Part shown: one piece after another, positions 1 to 9,271 of the stretch
Numbering within the stretch: the first letter of the stretch is position 1
Layout: every line of letters begins with the position of its first letter
Virus record (IMG/VR): IMGVR_UViG_3300029305_009755
Length of the DNA: 64,000 nucleotides
Direction: 5' to 3' (one strand)
Source: an uncultured virus (IMG/VR IMGVR_UViG_3300029305_009755)
Lineage: Duplodnaviria > Heunggongvirae > Uroviricota > Caudoviricetes
Notes under the pieces: model-generated
Told to the model about the DNA's origin: nothing
What the model saw: the letters and a program-made list of their open reading frames with translations, nothing else
Database searches by the model: none
Translations under genes and position numbers: made by a program

Positions 1-12
1 TGTTAATCGCAG

Positions 13-45
13 TAAAAATAAGGAGTTTAGGGGGATTTCTCCCCC
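13..45 (-). terminator. GC hairpin plus T-run terminator after tail fibre gene
   Basis: GGGGGA-TTTC-TCCCCC at 30-45 directly after the stop at 47; A-run at 14-18 on + (T-run on -). Confidence 0.6.
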
Positions 46-46
46 A

Positions 47-2860
47 TCAGAGTATGACCACGAATCCCGAGATCTCCTCTCCGTAGTCGATGGTGATGGT
101 TCCCTCCCTGCAGTATGCATCACCCATCACCATTCCGGTACCGTTGGCGTAGGTCTGGACACCCATGGGCCTGGTGGATCCGGAGGGCAGTGTGAACTCG
201 AACCTTGTCTGAGCTTCCAGTGGGAACACGTTGCCCTCGACGAGCACGATGGATCCCTCCCAGCCCTCGGGCAGGTTGTCCACGTACTGCTCGGACAGTC
301 CGACGCTGACCTTGCTCTCGTCCTGGATGAAATCGGCCATGAACTGTCCCTCGGTACCCATGTATCCCTGGACGAGGTACCACTTGTTCCCGATCTCCCC
401 TGTCTGGAGCAAATCGGATTTGTCAATGATCAGGTCGTATCCGCCCTCCACCTCCACCAGGTCGTCCTTGGTGAACTGGATGGTGCGGGATGCAGGGGCG
501 TACACAGCGGATCCGGTGGTGCTCTTGTACAGCTCGATGGTCACGGGGTCATAGGAGGATGCGGGATCCTGCAGGACATTGGCGTACTGCAGCTGGCCGT
601 CCGAATCGAACGCCTGCACGAACAGGGGCTTCCTGGTGGGGTTCTCCAGTGACCAGGTGTCGCTCTCCTCCATGAAGGTCTGCACACCCACGCTGGGCAG
701 TGTGGACGACTCCTTGGGGCATCCGCACAGGTTCAGCACCATCGCTTCGGGCTCCACGGTATCAGGCACAACGACTCTGATGGTGTTGAAGTCCACTGCG
801 AAGATCTCGCACTCCATCATGTACCTTCCATCCCTGACCCTCCTGATTGCAGGGACAAAGTCCTTGGTGTCCATGGAATGGGGGAGGATGTACTCCCTCT
901 CGGAGGGGTTTCCGAACCTGATGGATGCCCTCGCCTGATTGGGTTCCTCGAACTTCACCGCCTTCCAGTGTTCGGGATCCTCTGCGGGATCGATTCCGGA
1001 TGTCACGGGCTTCTCGATGCAGACGTACAGGTTGGAATCCTTGGAGACCACGGAGTTGGCACGATAGTTGTTGGATCTCTCGTTCCAAGGCCCGAACTCG
1101 GACTTCTCAGTCTTGGTATCCGTCAGGTAGTTGATACGTGAACCGAGGTTCACATCCCTCTTCTTGGATTCGTCCTGGACACGCACCAGGTCCTTGAAAC
1201 GGGCCACCATGTCATCGGAAGGAGTCTGGGTGGTGGTGATGGTTCCGAAGTTGATCTGGTCTCCGGGAACGAAACCGCCCTCGAGGGTGGCTACGGTATC
1301 CCCGAGCATCTCCTTGTTGACGAAATCCTCCATCACATAGGCTTCATCACGGCCCCCTCCGGGAGATACGATGGCTTCCAAGGTGGCCAGATAATCGGAA
1401 GAGAGCGTCAGGTCGAACTTCAGCCTGACGATGTTCCTCTCAGGGGTCTCCACGAGGCAATCAACATACTCGTGGTTGCCTGTGTTCCTCTTGACCTGTA
1501 CGAACAGGGAACGTGTGTTGAACGGGTGGTGCAGATCGTACACATGGTGTCCGGGGATGTCGTCACGCCTCACGATACGGTACTCCGACTCCTCTCCGTG
1601 AACGCTGAGGAGATCGATGCTGTACTCCAGGGGGAAGACCTCCGTGGATGTGGGGATCTCGGACACATCCACATCTCCTGACACCCTGGACCAGTACTGG
1701 TCGTTCAGGTTGGACAGACCCGTGTTCGGATCTTCCACGACAGGCATCTCATTCAGATTGTTTCCCTTGATGGAGATGTAGATGTTGTTGTGGAATACGA
1801 CTGTGGAACCCACCAGATAGCTGATGTAGGGCTTCCACTCCCTGATGGCACGCAGGGAGAACTCATCATCCACGAGCTTGGATGAGGGGATGGTGTCATC
1901 TGCAACGGTCTCCCATGATACGACCACCCTCTCCTGCTCGGTGACTGTGGACCACCACTCAGGCTCCTCCACGGGGTTGTGGCCGACGTTGTTGTAGCCC
2001 TTGGACAGGTAGACATTGGGTGCGAAGTCCCCGTCCTTGTACATGACCGTGGACCCGACCTCGTATCTCACTGTGGGATCCCACTCGGGGATGGCCATCC
2101 ACTTGTCGGTCTTGTAGGACAGCGACTCGTACATGAGTCTGGCCGTCACCAGGTCCTGTTTCCCGATCTCCGCGGGCCACACATCGTGGACCGTGAGGTA
2201 CTTGTCGGTATCCAGTTTACCGTCTTCCTCGAGGAACGGTACTGCCAGCTCCACAATCTCCTTGCCCTCGTTCTCGATGTACTTGGGGAAGTAGATCTGC
2301 ACACCCTGGGTCACACCGTCTGAGAGCAGACCGTAGGACTCCTGGACAGGGGCCATGATGAACTGCTTCTGGAAGAACGTCAGCCACTGCATGAGGCTGG
2401 GGTCCACACAGGGGGTCACGGGCCTACAGGGGTCGCTGGGACCACGGCACCTGATTCCACCTTTTACTGCGAAACCATCGATACCGGAATGGAGGTACTC
2501 AGCACCGTTGGCCTCCAGCTGATACCTGTCTCCGGACCACTCCTTGTTATCCCTGACGAGCCAGAGCTGGTACTCCAGCCTGGAGGTCTTGACCCTGGAC
2601 ATTATCTCATAAGGTACTTCGAAGGACCTACCGTCGAATGCAGGGGAAGAACCGGGGCCGTAGACGATGGGCTGTCCCCAATCATTCATGATGTTGAACA
2701 TGATGTATGGAACATACCCCATCGTGGTGATGGCGTTGATCGGATTGTAGTCGAATTCTATGCGGGTGGAGAGGTGGTCATTCGGTTGTCCGACATAGCA
2801 CCGCTCCTTCCCTTTCAACGTCCTGGTCTCCAAGTCGAAGACCCGTCTGATGACTGTCAT
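47..2860 (-). CDS. Tail fibre / receptor-binding protein with BppU-like N-terminus and CBM5/12-like repeats
   Basis: 937 aa; three W..Y..GS.V...Y.....N.G..P....W carbohydrate-binding-like repeats; two H.(F/M).T tail-fibre-type repeats; own TATA-like promoter near 2880-2893. Confidence 0.55.
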   Translation of the reverse strand: MTVIRRVFDLETRTLKGKERCYVGQPNDHLSTRIEFDYNPINAITTMGYVPYIMFNIMNDWGQPIVYGPGSSPAFDGRSFEVPYEIMSRVKTSRLEYQLWLVRDNKEWSGDRYQLEANGAEYLHSGIDGFAVKGGIRCRGPSDPCRPVTPCVDPSLMQWLTFFQKQFIMAPVQESYGLLSDGVTQGVQIYFPKYIENEGKEIVELAVPFLEEDGKLDTDKYLTVHDVWPAEIGKQDLVTARLMYESLSYKTDKWMAIPEWDPTVRYEVGSTVMYKDGDFAPNVYLSKGYNNVGHNPVEEPEWWSTVTEQERVVVSWETVADDTIPSSKLVDDEFSLRAIREWKPYISYLVGSTVVFHNNIYISIKGNNLNEMPVVEDPNTGLSNLNDQYWSRVSGDVDVSEIPTSTEVFPLEYSIDLLSVHGEESEYRIVRRDDIPGHHVYDLHHPFNTRSLFVQVKRNTGNHEYVDCLVETPERNIVRLKFDLTLSSDYLATLEAIVSPGGGRDEAYVMEDFVNKEMLGDTVATLEGGFVPGDQINFGTITTTQTPSDDMVARFKDLVRVQDESKKRDVNLGSRINYLTDTKTEKSEFGPWNERSNNYRANSVVSKDSNLYVCIEKPVTSGIDPAEDPEHWKAVKFEEPNQARASIRFGNPSEREYILPHSMDTKDFVPAIRRVRDGRYMMECEIFAVDFNTIRVVVPDTVEPEAMVLNLCGCPKESSTLPSVGVQTFMEESDTWSLENPTRKPLFVQAFDSDGQLQYANVLQDPASSYDPVTIELYKSTTGSAVYAPASRTIQFTKDDLVEVEGGYDLIIDKSDLLQTGEIGNKWYLVQGYMGTEGQFMADFIQDESKVSVGLSEQYVDNLPEGWEGSIVLVEGNVFPLEAQTRFEFTLPSGSTRPMGVQTYANGTGMVMGDAYCREGTITIDYGEEISGFVVIL

Positions 2861-3015
2861 ACTGAAGGTATTGTACGTGTGGTTAATGAATTATCGGGCC
2901 GAAAACAATTACGCTGAATTTGTAATTACATTAAAAGATGCGTGCAGAGAGAAGACAGGGGTAGAAACTCTCTGCAATCGCAATATGTGTATGGAATAGG
3001 TAGTAGATAAATGGA

Positions 3016-3029
3016 GGGGCCGAAGCCCC
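3016..3029. terminator. GC hairpin (GGGGC-TTCG-GCCCC on minus), terminator-like
   Basis: Perfect 5-bp stem with UUCG tetraloop on the minus strand. Confidence 0.45.
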
Positions 3030-3177
3030 CTTTAGGTTAGTGGTTTACACTTCAGAATATTCATATATACTGAAGACATATCCTAAGAGTGCAGATAGAG
3101 GTTCGAAACTCGAAAGCGTGTTTTTCACGTCAGCACGTTTCTGCATATCTCTTGACGTGAGGGCGTGACGTGATAAT

Positions 3178-4047
3178 ATGCCGATAGAAGACCTTACAGA
3201 TCGTAAATTTGGAAAATTAACTGTAATCGGACCCATGAAAAGAGTCGTCCTAAAAAATGGAAAAACAAGACCATATTGGTTTTGTAGATGCGATTGTGGG
3301 ACTGAGAAATTCATAGATCACTATGCACTTGTACGTAAGAACAAAGGTGCTACCAGAAGCTGCGGATGTGTGGTAACCAACCCTGGTTTAAAAGGAACAG
3401 GATACGACCTTCGTAATCAGAAGTTCGGCAAATGGGTTGTAGATGACTGCGACCCTATCAGAAAAAACAGGGGCTATTTCTGGAAATGTACATGTGAATG
3501 CGGTTCCAAAGGAGAAATCCTTCAGTACAATCTGACTTCAGGTCAATCCACATCATGTGGATGCTACAGGAGAGAGGTGATGGGTGCATTGAACTTTACT
3601 CACGGCATGAGTCGCACTCGTATATACAGGATATGGGGCGACATGAAATCCAGATGTACGAATCCTAACTTCACAGAATATGAAAACTATGGTGGAAGGG
3701 GCATATCGATCTGCGAAGAATGGGCTAATTCCTTTGAAACATTCAAAGAGTGGGCCTTAGACAATGGTTATTCGGAAAATCTGACTATAGATCGTATAGA
3801 CAATAACGGGAACTATTGTCCAGAAAACTGCCGTTGGATAACTCTATTAGAACAGGCTAATAATACTCGTGCAAACAAGCATATCTCTCTAAATGGTGAA
3901 ACTCACACAATTTCTGAATGGTCCAGGATATTTGATGTAAATCCAAGATCATTTAGAGATTGGGTCAAAATATACAAGTCTGAAGAAGATATTTTGAGAA
4001 AAGTAGAGGAATATAAAAATAAAAAGGGGCCTAGGCCCCCGGTTTGA
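3178..4047 (+). CDS. HNH homing endonuclease (two CxCxCG...SCGC N-terminal domains, HNH, C-terminal DNA-binding domain)
   Basis: DLTDRKFGKLTV..W.CRCDCG..SCGC x2; YGGRGI.IC.EW; LTIDRIDNNGNYCPENCRW; visibly AT-richer than flanks; opposite strand to neighbours. Confidence 0.85.
   Translation: MPIEDLTDRKFGKLTVIGPMKRVVLKNGKTRPYWFCRCDCGTEKFIDHYALVRKNKGATRSCGCVVTNPGLKGTGYDLRNQKFGKWVVDDCDPIRKNRGYFWKCTCECGSKGEILQYNLTSGQSTSCGCYRREVMGALNFTHGMSRTRIYRIWGDMKSRCTNPNFTEYENYGGRGISICEEWANSFETFKEWALDNGYSENLTIDRIDNNGNYCPENCRWITLLEQANNTRANKHISLNGETHTISEWSRIFDVNPRSFRDWVKIYKSEEDILRKVEEYKNKKGPRPPV
4015..4039 (-). terminator. GC hairpin plus T-run terminator
   Basis: GGGGCC-TA-GGCCCC at 4026-4039 with A-rich run on + at 4015-4025, just after the stop of the 4049 gene. 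Confidence 0.6.
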
Positions 4048-4048
4048 A

Positions 4049-4513
4049 TCACTTCTTGATGTTGGCCTGCTGGAGGTCTGCAACGACGTCGGTGACGGTC
4101 TTGCTGAGGTCCACAGCGTACTTGGAGACGTTCACCAGGAACTGCCTGATGCCCCAGTGGAGGATCAGGATGAACATGGGGACGAATACTGCGGTGAGCA
4201 CTGCGGCTGCGGCCATGTGGAGCCACATTCCAGCGTTGATGACGACCTGGTCGAGTGCTGCGGGTGCGAGGAAGAGTCCGAGTCCTGCTCCGAGGATGAA
4301 GGCGACTGCGGTTCCCGCATCGTAGCGTTTGTCGAAGGGGAGCGAGTTGGTGTCGGGGATCTCTCCCTTGGCCACCTTGTTGTCTGCGGCCCTCTCATGG
4401 AGCCATTTCCTGGTTGCCAGCATCATGAGTCCGCCCATGATGATGACTGCGATCAGCATCACAGGAAGGTACTCCTGAGGTACTGCGTAAGTAAGTGCGT
4501 CGATCTTGTCCAT
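4049..4513 (-). CDS. Three-TM membrane protein, holin-like candidate
   Basis: Three hydrophobic segments; start placed at ATG 4513 (MDKIDALTY) after GAGTGA; longer ORF-track start overlaps a hairpin. Confidence 0.5.
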   Translation of the reverse strand: MDKIDALTYAVPQEYLPVMLIAVIIMGGLMMLATRKWLHERAADNKVAKGEIPDTNSLPFDKRYDAGTAVAFILGAGLGLFLAPAALDQVVINAGMWLHMAAAAVLTAVFVPMFILILHWGIRQFLVNVSKYAVDLSKTVTDVVADLQQANIKK

Positions 4514-4620
4514 GTCTATCACTCTTAAGATGATGAGGCATGAGACCAATGCCAGCACTCCTCTCCCGACCTGTGTCCAAGGGGAGAACACCAGCGATAG
4601 CATCAGTCTCCTGCCTTCGG

Positions 4621-6060
4621 TCAAGGTTTGCCAGCCTCCTCACCCTCGACGGGTGCCTCGACTTTCTTCCTGAGGACCTTGTTCTTCACGACTGCGAAGT
4701 AGCCCATCTTGTTGGCCTGATAGAGAGCGAGTCCGAGGACGAAGAGTGCAAGGATGATGGCGCACTGACCTGCGGTGGTCTGGTAGAACTTGGGCTCGGG
4801 CTCCACAGGGGGGTCTGCGAGGACGTACTGTGCGATGACGATGGTGTCCTTGTCGAAGACCTGCTTTGCGGGATCCTTGACCTGCTCGACTCCGATGAAC
4901 CATCCGAGGAAGTTGTAGCCCTCTTTGGCGACATCGGTGGGGAACACATCGGTGTTTCCTGCGACGATGGTGTGCTGTGCGGTCTGGTTGTCACCGAAGA
5001 TGTAGGTGACAGTGATCTCCTCGGTGACCACAGCCTTCTCCGCGATAGCGAAGAGGGTGATGTCTTCGGTGATGAGGGTGTTGAAATCGAATGTGACGAT
5101 GGGGTCCGCAGTGATATCGAGGGTCCAGCCGTCGTAGCCCTCGAGCTTGAAGGGCTGGATTGCCTTCTGTCCGTAGAGGACGGTCTGCTTCGCGTACTCG
5201 AGGTCCTGGACCATCAGGGTGACGGTGAAGGAAACGGGAGTGAATTTAGCAGTAAAGGTCACGTCTGCAACAAAATCATACTCGGGAGTGAGCTGAATTC
5301 CTGCTGCATCGAACCATCCTCCGAAGATGTAATTGTCCATGGAGGGGTTTGCAATAGTGATATCTTCTCCAGAGAAGACCTCATCTGCATAGATTGTATC
5401 GATGGTCATGCCATTTGCAACAAAGGCTACCTTTGACTTCTCCTTGAAGACTGCGGTATACTCAGCTGCAGTGACAATGAGGTCCTTGTCGGAGTTCACT
5501 TTTGCAATGTTGCCCTCTGCATCTGCCCATCCCACGAACTCGTGAGTCTCAGAAGAGGTTCCCTTAGGGAATATAATTCCGACTCCATTTGCCCAAGGGT
5601 CTGCAACAGTAACTCCATTCGCACCAGAGACAGTCGCCTTGTCTTTGTATGTGGTCTTGTCGACATCACCATCCTCATTGATGAATACAAAGGTGACCTT
5701 CTCGAAGGGGTTGATGATCTTTGCAACGAATACAGTAGTGTCAGAGATAGTTACGGTAGATCCCACAGAATAGACGGTTGTCTCAAGGTCTGCAGGAGTA
5801 CTTCCTTGTGCGGGTGTATTCTGGATCTGCCAGCCTTTGAAGTTCTCGTTCTCGGCGAGTCCGAGCTCGGCGAGAGAGGGGAGGGTCACAGGGGATGCCA
5901 GGGTCTTGCCGATGGTAATCCCATTGACCTCGAACTGGACGGCATAGGTACCAGTTGTTGCATCCACATCCTCGCCGTCGAAGACAGCGACTCCTGCGAA
6001 TGCGGCAACGAGCATGATGGCTGCCGCCAGCATTGATTTGTTCATAATTGAGGATTTCAT
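4621..6060 (-). CDS. Secreted, membrane-anchored adhesin-like protein with InlB B-repeats (Listeria-Bacteroides repeat)
   Basis: Signal peptide MNKSMLAAAIMLVAAFAGVAV..VDA; repeated (G)Y.F.GW...D.T..A units; C-terminal TM helix plus basic tail. Confidence 0.75.
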   Translation of the reverse strand: MKSSIMNKSMLAAAIMLVAAFAGVAVFDGEDVDATTGTYAVQFEVNGITIGKTLASPVTLPSLAELGLAENENFKGWQIQNTPAQGSTPADLETTVYSVGSTVTISDTTVFVAKIINPFEKVTFVFINEDGDVDKTTYKDKATVSGANGVTVADPWANGVGIIFPKGTSSETHEFVGWADAEGNIAKVNSDKDLIVTAAEYTAVFKEKSKVAFVANGMTIDTIYADEVFSGEDITIANPSMDNYIFGGWFDAAGIQLTPEYDFVADVTFTAKFTPVSFTVTLMVQDLEYAKQTVLYGQKAIQPFKLEGYDGWTLDITADPIVTFDFNTLITEDITLFAIAEKAVVTEEITVTYIFGDNQTAQHTIVAGNTDVFPTDVAKEGYNFLGWFIGVEQVKDPAKQVFDKDTIVIAQYVLADPPVEPEPKFYQTTAGQCAIILALFVLGLALYQANKMGYFAVVKNKVLRKKVEAPVEGEEAGKP

Positions 6061-6114
6061 TATAATTTCGCCTCGGTCCCCAGACCGAGACAGTGATTAA
6101 TAAACATGGACCCC

Positions 6115-6537
6115 TCAGTGCCCTTCCTCGGCCACATCGGGGCCCTTGCGGGTGGATTCCAAGTACCTGCTGCGTACGGTGTCCCTATACGCTTTCACGG
6201 CATCCGACACGCGCGGGTCCTTGATGACCATCTCCATCAGCACCTTGCTGCGGGCGTCGTCGATGGCCTGTTTGGCAGACACCACCTGGGGATCATCCTT
6301 CACCGTGGCCTCCATCACGGGGAAGAGATCCGGGTCCACCTTGGATTCCGACATCCCTTTGACCTGTGTCTCCAACGATTCCAGGCGCCTCATCAGATCT
6401 GGGATGTATACTCCGGACCTCTGGAGCTCCTCGAACGCACGATGGTTGTCCACGATCTGCTGGTTGGTCAATGTCGTGGGGTATGCGGTCTGCGTCTGCG
6501 TGCTCGTCACGGCCTGGAGGATGTTGTCGAACGCCAT
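6115..6537 (-). CDS. Hypothetical helical protein
   Basis: 140 aa ORF with TATA (TTTATATT on minus) about 25 nt upstream, leaderless. Confidence 0.6.
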   Translation of the reverse strand: MAFDNILQAVTSTQTQTAYPTTLTNQQIVDNHRAFEELQRSGVYIPDLMRRLESLETQVKGMSESKVDPDLFPVMEATVKDDPQVVSAKQAIDDARSKVLMEMVIKDPRVSDAVKAYRDTVRSRYLESTRKGPDVAEEGH

Positions 6538-6579
6538 GATAGAACAAACAGCTGTAATATAAATACGGAAATCCAGCGA

Positions 6580-6816
6580 TTAGTTCATATATTTCTTCCG
6601 AGCGGCATTCCTCTCCGCGGTCCTCATCCTGCGATAGCATCCGCAGGATGTGGTGTCCCCGAATATCAACGAGAATGTCTGTACGGATGTCAAGTTCCCG
6701 CAATCGCATTCGCATAGCCACATGACCTTGTCCCCACGGTTGGGTGCACGGTGCAGGACCGTGAGGGATCCGTACCTCTCACCGGTAAGATTGCGTTGCA
6801 ATGGTCTGCCCATCAT
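6580..6816 (-). CDS. Stand-alone CxCxCG...SCGC domain of HNH-endonuclease type (no nuclease)
   Basis: NLTGERYGSLTVL..WLCECDCG..TTSCGCY matches the N-terminal domain of 3178-4047. Confidence 0.7.
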   Translation of the reverse strand: MMGRPLQRNLTGERYGSLTVLHRAPNRGDKVMWLCECDCGNLTSVQTFSLIFGDTTSCGCYRRMRTAERNAARKKYMN

Positions 6817-6822
6817 ATCATC

Positions 6823-7158
6823 TCATTCACCGGTTTCTTTCTTCCTGGCCTTCTCCATGGCCATCCTGACGGATGCATTGCGTTCCTTCAGGTCACTCAC
6901 CGCATTCTCGATGATCGAGATGGTCTTGTCCGTGAATGCGAACGTCCTCTCCAACTGGGTTGTGGAATCCAATGTGAGGCCGGTACAATACGTGTTCACG
7001 AGGGCGTTCATCACCATCTCCCTCTGGGATATCCTGCGACCGAGACGTTCCGAGAGCTCGTTCTGTATCTCGAACACCTTCTCATACTCGGCACGGGTAA
7101 GTCCTATCGCCATTTTGCAGTTGCATAGTTCCGATTCATGCTTCCTAGGTCTCGCCAT
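6823..7158 (-). CDS. Small putative DNA-binding protein (RHH/CopG-like)
   Basis: MARPRK basic start, beta-strand then helices, TTAAATA promoter upstream. Confidence 0.45.
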   Translation of the reverse strand: MARPRKHESELCNCKMAIGLTRAEYEKVFEIQNELSERLGRRISQREMVMNALVNTYCTGLTLDSTTQLERTFAFTDKTISIIENAVSDLKERNASVRMAMEKARKKETGE

Positions 7159-7519
7159 AACTGTACATCGGATATCGGTTATTTAATTATAGCGAATAAT
7201 TATTTTATTATACCATTTATGTAAAAAAGGGTGTCCCGTGTTTCCATGAAATCCGCATATACAGGGATTTTCTATATACATATAATTATTATATTATATA
7301 TTATAATGAAATGTTTTTCACTTTACTTACTTACTAGAAAATGGTATAAAATTAAAATTATAGCATATTTTTAACGAAAAACACTCATTTTTAGAGGATT
7401 TTTCAATAGAAAACTTTGAAAAACACACATCTTGTGAAAGGGACATACACCTTTCCAATCTAAAAGCTATAATAAAATAATTATTCACCATAATAAAACC
7501 CTGTAAAGGGTTAAATGGT
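7159..7519. other. AT-rich non-coding element bounded by 26-bp inverted repeats (origin candidate)
   Basis: 7187-7212 TTATAGCGAATAATTATTTTATTATA versus reverse complement of 7468-7493 (2 mismatches); central (TA)-rich core. Confidence 0.5.
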
Positions 7520-9262
7520 TTAGTTGCCGATCGCAGATGAGATCTCCGAGGTACTTGAAGCCAGATCCACGCCTGAGATCTGTCCGAAAGTGTATGTAGT
7601 GGTCCCCTCCGGGTAGTTACGGACGTATGTGGACAGCATGAGCTTCTGCGGGGAGGTCATGTTCTCCATCAACACCGATTTGTTGGACACCACGAAACCA
7701 TCCTCTGTGGAGTATATCATCGAGGTGCGACACATCGGAGGAAATGTGGATTGCCATTTCACACCCTCCTTGTCCCTGTACATCTCCTTGAAGGTAAACG
7801 TCACGGATTGTTGCGGTTCCCTCCTGTAGTCCATTATGGATCTTGCGAATGTCTCCGCCTGGTTGTATCCGCTCTCCGGGCCCTGTATCAGGTTGTTCAA
7901 TGTCACTGAGTACAGGTACTCCTGGAATGCCTTGACTGAGGAGTCATCTGTGAATGTGAACGTATCCGTGATCGCTTTCTTGGTGGTCTTGTCCGTCTTA
8001 CCGGTTCCGCACGTGACTGCCACGGTATTGATGATGACATCGGAACCCTCGTCCCCTAATGTGGGCGATCCGTACATCTTCGCATAGTAGGGGGATGACG
8101 GATCCCTGTCGTAGAGGTTGATGCTCTCATAGTCCGATATGGGGTAGGGTGTAGAGTACAACATGGTTCCCTTGTAGTCCTCACGCATGTCCGCCAGATA
8201 GACCTTGTCTGCAGAGAAACATATCTTGCATCCTAGATACAATGCACATACCTGCAAGATGTACCAGATGTTCGTACCCTTAGTAAACTTCAACATGTTG
8301 TTCACGGTGGGTCTGGGATTGAATGCATACCTGTAGGCGGATCCCTTGAATGCCACCCCGTACCTGCCCTCCATGAGTATCATGGATATCCATCCCTCGG
8401 GTGTGAGGGTTGCATCCTGCTCCAATTTGAATCCTGTAAGGATGGCTGCATCGCAGTATGCTGTGATGCGGTAGTTCTTACCCGATAGCTTGCACTTGGA
8501 TACTGTGAAGTTGCCTTTGCCTATCGCATCCACCATTATCCTACTCTTTCCAGCGATGATGTTGTCGACCAGATCGGGTGCGACAAGTTCCAGGGATTTC
8601 TTCGGAAGGATCATCTCCAGAACCTCGAACGGACACTCGGGACCCCCGGTTATGGTATATGAGGATATGCAGTCGATGTAGTCCTCGAATGAATAGAGGA
8701 GATACCATGATTCGTCACCGTTACTGTTCAGCGGTGCGGACATGAGGATCGTGTGGTTCTTCCTCAGACTCTCATCGCCATTCTCACCCTCGATGGGATC
8801 GGGTTGCTTGTTCTGGACCCACATCCTGCCTGTGGCTATGCCCATCCTCCCAATTATACGAGTGTTATCCCCTGCCTTGTATGACAGATTGACATTTGAC
8901 ACATACCCATTCAATCTTGTACGTTTGGGCACATAGGGGTTATCATCCCCTGGGATGACATCCACGATGAATCCATCGGTACGTGTCTGCCACCTATCTA
9001 CCGCATCCTGGATACTCTGGTACCATTTGGCATTGCTCCAGTCCGAAGGATCCGAGGAGGAATCGTCATGATCACGAGGATGTACTCTTTCGAATGTTAC
9101 CAGCAGTTCTCTTCCGCTGCCTGATTCCACAGCCATGGTATCGTCTGTGGATTTGGTGACTATGGGGAATGTGGTGACGGATTTCTGGAATGATTCCGAG
9201 TAATTGGTCACCACTCCTGGATCCACCACGTTGTTGTCATATGTAAGTCTCATCCTTGTCAT
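7520..9262 (-). CDS. Baseplate hub / tail tip (Tal-like) protein with N-terminal Dit-like domain
   Basis: Second gene after tape measure; hub-like layout (NTVAVT..DDSSVKAF..AETFARSIM); N-terminus shares the DDSS.D..DWSN.KWY domain with 9272-13063. Confidence 0.55.
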   Translation of the reverse strand: MTRMRLTYDNNVVDPGVVTNYSESFQKSVTTFPIVTKSTDDTMAVESGSGRELLVTFERVHPRDHDDSSSDPSDWSNAKWYQSIQDAVDRWQTRTDGFIVDVIPGDDNPYVPKRTRLNGYVSNVNLSYKAGDNTRIIGRMGIATGRMWVQNKQPDPIEGENGDESLRKNHTILMSAPLNSNGDESWYLLYSFEDYIDCISSYTITGGPECPFEVLEMILPKKSLELVAPDLVDNIIAGKSRIMVDAIGKGNFTVSKCKLSGKNYRITAYCDAAILTGFKLEQDATLTPEGWISMILMEGRYGVAFKGSAYRYAFNPRPTVNNMLKFTKGTNIWYILQVCALYLGCKICFSADKVYLADMREDYKGTMLYSTPYPISDYESINLYDRDPSSPYYAKMYGSPTLGDEGSDVIINTVAVTCGTGKTDKTTKKAITDTFTFTDDSSVKAFQEYLYSVTLNNLIQGPESGYNQAETFARSIMDYRREPQQSVTFTFKEMYRDKEGVKWQSTFPPMCRTSMIYSTEDGFVVSNKSVLMENMTSPQKLMLSTYVRNYPEGTTTYTFGQISGVDLASSTSEISSAIGN

Positions 9263-9271
9263 AATATCCCT

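Noticed and set aside
3069..3116. Hammerhead-like CTGAAGA...GAAA and T-loop-like GGTTCGAAA
   Set aside because: Stem II/III geometry does not fit a hammerhead core, and there is no cloverleaf for a tRNA
7385..7400. CTCTAAAA on minus resembling a tRNA-Pyl anticodon loop
   Set aside because: Lies in AT-rich DNA with no acceptor, D or T stems; no suppressor tRNA found in the window
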